DNA from: Flavobacteriaceae bacterium
GTDB lineage: Bacteria; Bacteroidota; Bacteroidia; Flavobacteriales; Flavobacteriaceae
Reading direction: 5' to 3'
Assembly (NCBI GenBank): GCA_041392165.1
Contig: JAWKMN010000002.1
Span: 421,897-485,896, forward strand
DNA: 64,000 nt
Shown: piece by piece, positions 61,035 to 64,000 of the stretch
How the letters are laid out: every line of letters starts with the position of its first letter
Numbering within the stretch: the first letter of the stretch is position 1
Notes under the pieces: generated by a model
Told to the model about the DNA's origin: nothing
Seen by the model: the letters and a program-made list of their open reading frames with translations, nothing else
Databases searched by the model: none
Program-made: the position numbers and the translations under genes

Positions 61035-61842
61035 TACTGGTCTTGGCTTCTAATTCTATTATTTCTTCCCGCTGCGTGTTTTCTATTACGTAAATGCTTT
61101 TAATTGCGGCCATATTGTTAAAGAGCCCTATGTCTATACTATATGAACTTTGCGCATTGTTAAGGTCAAATTTTTTGATGGTCCCTATGGGAATGTTTTC
61201 GGGAAAGATACTGGAACTGGCACCTGTAACTATGGTATCCCCTATTTTTACAGGTACCAATCTTTCAATGTCAACAAGTTGTACGGTATTGTAATCTTTC
61301 GTATCCCATACCAAAGAACCGTAATGGTTGGTGTTCTTGATTTTTGCGTTGATTCTGGATTTAGTGTTTAGAAGACTCTGTACCGTTGTAAAATTTTTAG
61401 ATGTATTTTCCACTATTCCAAGGATTCCATTGGCAGTAATAACGCCCATATCGGGCTTTATGCCATGCGCACTTCCTTTTTTGATGGTTATATAATTACG
61501 GGGCAGGCTATAACTGTTTTTGATTACTTGGGAAGCAATGACCCTGTAGGTGATATTGGTAGTGTCCAACTGTAAGGAATCTTCCTTTTTTTGGTTAAAA
61601 AGAAGGTTTCTCAAGCGCTTATTTTCCTCAACAAGTTTTTTATTTTCTTCCCCAAGGCCAAAATAGGTGGTTATATTGCCGGTAATCCCATAGATATTTC
61701 CGGTTAGCCAGTTAGAGGAATTAAAGTATTTGGAACGGTGGTATGAATGCGATTGTACGGTAAGCGCCAAGGATATGATTAACAAGAAAAGATAGAGCAA
61801 GAAATTTTTATATCTTAATATAAAGTTGATAATCTGCCGCAT
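61021..61842 (-). CDS. mreC: Rod shape-determining protein MreC
   Basis: N-terminal anchor, a coiled-coil (ENKKLVEENKRLRNLL) and beta-rich domains (GDTIVTGASSSIFPENIPIG). Confidence 0.85.
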   Translation of the reverse strand: MRQIINFILRYKNFLLYLFLLIISLALTVQSHSYHRSKYFNSSNWLTGNIYGITGNITTYFGLGEENKKLVEENKRLRNLLFNQKKEDSLQLDTTNITYRVIASQVIKNSYSLPRNYITIKKGSAHGIKPDMGVITANGILGIVENTSKNFTTVQSLLNTKSRINAKIKNTNHYGSLVWDTKDYNTVQLVDIERLVPVKIGDTIVTGASSSIFPENIPIGTIKKFDLNNAQSSYSIDIGLFNNMAAIKSIYVIENTQREEIIELEAKTSNDSQ

Positions 61843-61964
61843 TCACTTAAATTGTTTTGTCTAACCTTATTTGGGCAACTGCCCAGTAAAGCAATTAAGG
61901 CTTGTTAGCTATTTTTGAACCATTTAAAAAATGGTAGTGCCGATTGTCTTTGGGAGCCAAATAA

Positions 61965-62993
61965 CTATTTAATTAAAATGCTCTTGTAGCGCTCCAAGTT
62001 TTTTAGGGCAATACCGGTACCCCTTACCACTGCCCTTAATGGATCTTCCGCTATATACACCGGTAGATCCGTTTTTTGGGACAAACGCCTGTCAAGCCCC
62101 CTTAGCATGGATCCGCCCCCAGCTAAATAAATACCGGTGTTATAGATGTCCGCTGCCAGTTCGGGGGGTGTTTGGGACAATGTTTCCATAACGGCATCCT
62201 CTACCCTTAAAATAGATTTATCCAAGGCTTTGGCTATTTCACGGTAGGAAATGGATACTTGTTTGGGTTTCCCGGTCAGTAGGTCCCTACCCTGAACGGA
62301 CATTTCATCCGGAGGGGTCTGCAGGTCTTCGGTAGCAGATCCAATGGTAATCTTTATATTCTCTGCCGTACTCTCCCCAACATAAAGGTTGTGCTGGGTA
62401 CGCATATAATAGATAATGTCGTTTGTAAAAACGTCCCCGGCAATTTTGACCGATTTGTCGCAAACAATCCCGCCCAGGGCAATTACGGCAATTTCGGTGG
62501 TACCGCCCCCTATATCCACGATCATATTTCCTTTGGGTTGCATAATATCCAGACCGATACCAATAGCTGCGGCCATTGGTTCATGGATAAGGTAGACCTC
62601 TTTCCCGTTAACACGTTCGGCCGACTCCTTAACGGCGCGCATTTCCACCTCTGTAATTCCGGAAGGGATACAGATAACCATTCTCAAGGCCGGTGGAAAC
62701 CACTTTTTCTTTAGTGCCGGTATGTTTTTGATGAACATATTGATCATCTTTTCCGAGGCGTCAAAATCGGCAATGACCCCGTCCTTTAAAGGACGTATGG
62801 TCTTTATATTTTCATGGGTCTTTCCTTGCATCATATTGGCTTCCTTGCCAACGGCGATTATTTTGCCACTTATTCTGTCCCTGGCCACAATAGATGGACT
62901 GTCTACCACCACTTTGTCGTTGTGAATGATGAGGGTGTTGGCAGTACCTAAGTCTATTGCAATCTCCTCGGTTAAGAAATCAAAGAATCCCAT
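61965..62993 (-). CDS. mreB: Rod shape-determining protein MreB (actin homologue)
   Basis: IAIDLGTANTLI, VDIGGGTTEIA, LAGGGSMLRGLD. Confidence 0.95.
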   Translation of the reverse strand: MGFFDFLTEEIAIDLGTANTLIIHNDKVVVDSPSIVARDRISGKIIAVGKEANMMQGKTHENIKTIRPLKDGVIADFDASEKMINMFIKNIPALKKKWFPPALRMVICIPSGITEVEMRAVKESAERVNGKEVYLIHEPMAAAIGIGLDIMQPKGNMIVDIGGGTTEIAVIALGGIVCDKSVKIAGDVFTNDIIYYMRTQHNLYVGESTAENIKITIGSATEDLQTPPDEMSVQGRDLLTGKPKQVSISYREIAKALDKSILRVEDAVMETLSQTPPELAADIYNTGIYLAGGGSMLRGLDRRLSQKTDLPVYIAEDPLRAVVRGTGIALKNLERYKSILIK

Positions 62994-63047
62994 TTATGTA
63001 GTTGTATTTCGGTTTAAATGTCAGTTTGATCGTTAAAAGTAATAAAA

Positions 63048-64000
63048 TTAATGTTTAAAATGACGTGTACCGGTCATTACCATTGCAATTCCATTTTCAT
63101 TACAATAATCGATGCTAAGTTGATCCTTAATGGAGCCTCCAGGTTGTATAACGCTGGTTATTCCACTTTTATGCGCAATTTCTACACAATCCGGAAAAGG
63201 AAAGAAGGCATCACTGGCCAATACGGCCCCTTCTAGATCAAAATCAAAGGATCGGGCCTTGTGGATAGCTTGGTTTAGGGCATCTACACGGGAAGTTTGG
63301 CCAGTGCCACTGGCACACAATTGTTTGTTTTTGGCAAGAACAATAGTGTTGCTTTTGGTGTGTTTGCATAATTTTGAAGCAAAGATCAAATCTTCCAGTT
63401 CCCTATCCGTAGGTTTTTTATTGGTAGCATGGGTAAGGTCGGAAATCTTATCGGTCTTTTCATCCTTTTCCTGTACTAAGACACCATTTAGACATGTTCT
63501 GACCGTCATTTTTGGAAGGTTTACTTCATGTTGGGCAAGAATGATTCTGTTTTTCTTGCCTTTTAAGATGTCCAGGGCCACGGGGGTAAAGCTAGGTGCG
63601 ATGACCACTTCGCAAAAAAGATTGTGGATTTCTTCGGCAGTGGGTTCGTCTATTTCAACATTACTGATCAATATTCCGCCAAAGGCCGAAACAGGATCGC
63701 CCGCCAATGCATCAATATAGGCCTGGTGAATAGTTGGCCTGGTAGCAAGGCCACAGGCATTATTGTGTTTCAAAATGGCGAAAGTGGGGGCATCGTTCTT
63801 AAATTCGTGGATAAGGTTTACAGCGGCATCCACATCCAATAAATTGTTGTAGGAAAGTTCCTTGCCGTGCAGTTTGTTGAATATGGCGTCAAAATCACCA
63901 AAGAAAAAACCTTTTTGATGGGGGTTTTCGCCATAACGAAGGACCTGTCCGTGGGTTTCACTTAATTTGAACGCAGCCTCTTCTTGGTTCTTGTTGAAGT
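63048..64000 (-). CDS. purH: Bifunctional AICAR transformylase/IMP cyclohydrolase; C-terminal part, the N-terminus lies beyond the right edge
   Basis: The reading frame stays open past the tracked Met to position 64000. C-terminus: ...QPGGSIKD...VMTGTRHFKH-stop. Confidence 0.9.
   Translation of the reverse strand, partial: FNKNQEEAAFKLSETHGQVLRYGENPHQKGFFFGDFDAIFNKLHGKELSYNNLLDVDAAVNLIHEFKNDAPTFAILKHNNACGLATRPTIHQAYIDALAGDPVSAFGGILISNVEIDEPTAEEIHNLFCEVVIAPSFTPVALDILKGKKNRIILAQHEVNLPKMTVRTCLNGVLVQEKDEKTDKISDLTHATNKKPTDRELEDLIFASKLCKHTKSNTIVLAKNKQLCASGTGQTSRVDALNQAIHKARSFDFDLEGAVLASDAFFPFPDCVEIAHKSGITSVIQPGGSIKDQLSIDYCNENGIAMVMTGTRHFKH

Noticed and set aside
1-64000. Search for CRISPR arrays, tandem repeats, rRNA, integrases, transposases, phage or conjugation genes
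   Set aside because: I could find no regularly spaced direct repeats and none of the characteristic proteins among the ORFs. The only accessory-looking module is the TA-like pair at 28.6-29.4 kb.

Overview
The window looks like a chromosomal segment from a Bacteroidota bacterium of the Flavobacteriaceae type. Support for this comes from the gene content, lipoprotein-type signal peptides, a TAnnTTTG-type -7 box and mevalonate-pathway genes. Most of it is conserved housekeeping or core metabolism. From left to right: a maltose/starch catabolic operon (GH13, GH65 phosphorylase, beta-phosphoglucomutase); a decayed LacI regulator and a decayed Na+/solute symporter; a vanadium-haloperoxidase-like lipoprotein; a group of phosphoesterase/HD/GAF proteins; TonB and a GH32 fructosidase; a three-part RND efflux operon whose pump gene is disrupted; a small toxin-antitoxin-like module next to tRNA-Phe; coaX, lptC and envelope genes; a PpiD-like PPIase; mevalonate genes (HMG-CoA reductase plus a GYDIA-type GHMP kinase); a peptide-uptake locus (DPP-IV plus two POT transporters, one frameshifted); ComEC with an in-frame TGA; NlpC/P60, lpxB, surE and the Prc protease; a SelO-GNAT-MsrA-MsrB redox cluster; a secreted nuclease; the rod-shape operon (mreBCD-mrdA-rodA); and the 3' part of purH. 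I found no CRISPR array, integrase, transposase, rRNA or phage genes. The most unusual points are: (1) five disrupted genes, including a ~1.6-kb tract dense with frame changes; (2) a 56-codon ORF absent from the ORF track that overlaps a zeta-toxin-like P-loop gene at the 3' side of tRNA-Phe; (3) an orphan HD protein fused to a Pycsar-effector-like membrane module, next to GAF and metallophosphoesterase genes; (4) a related, hairpin-rich intergenic repeat at two loci. None of these is a compelling new system from sequence alone. All family assignments come from motif recognition by eye, not from searches.
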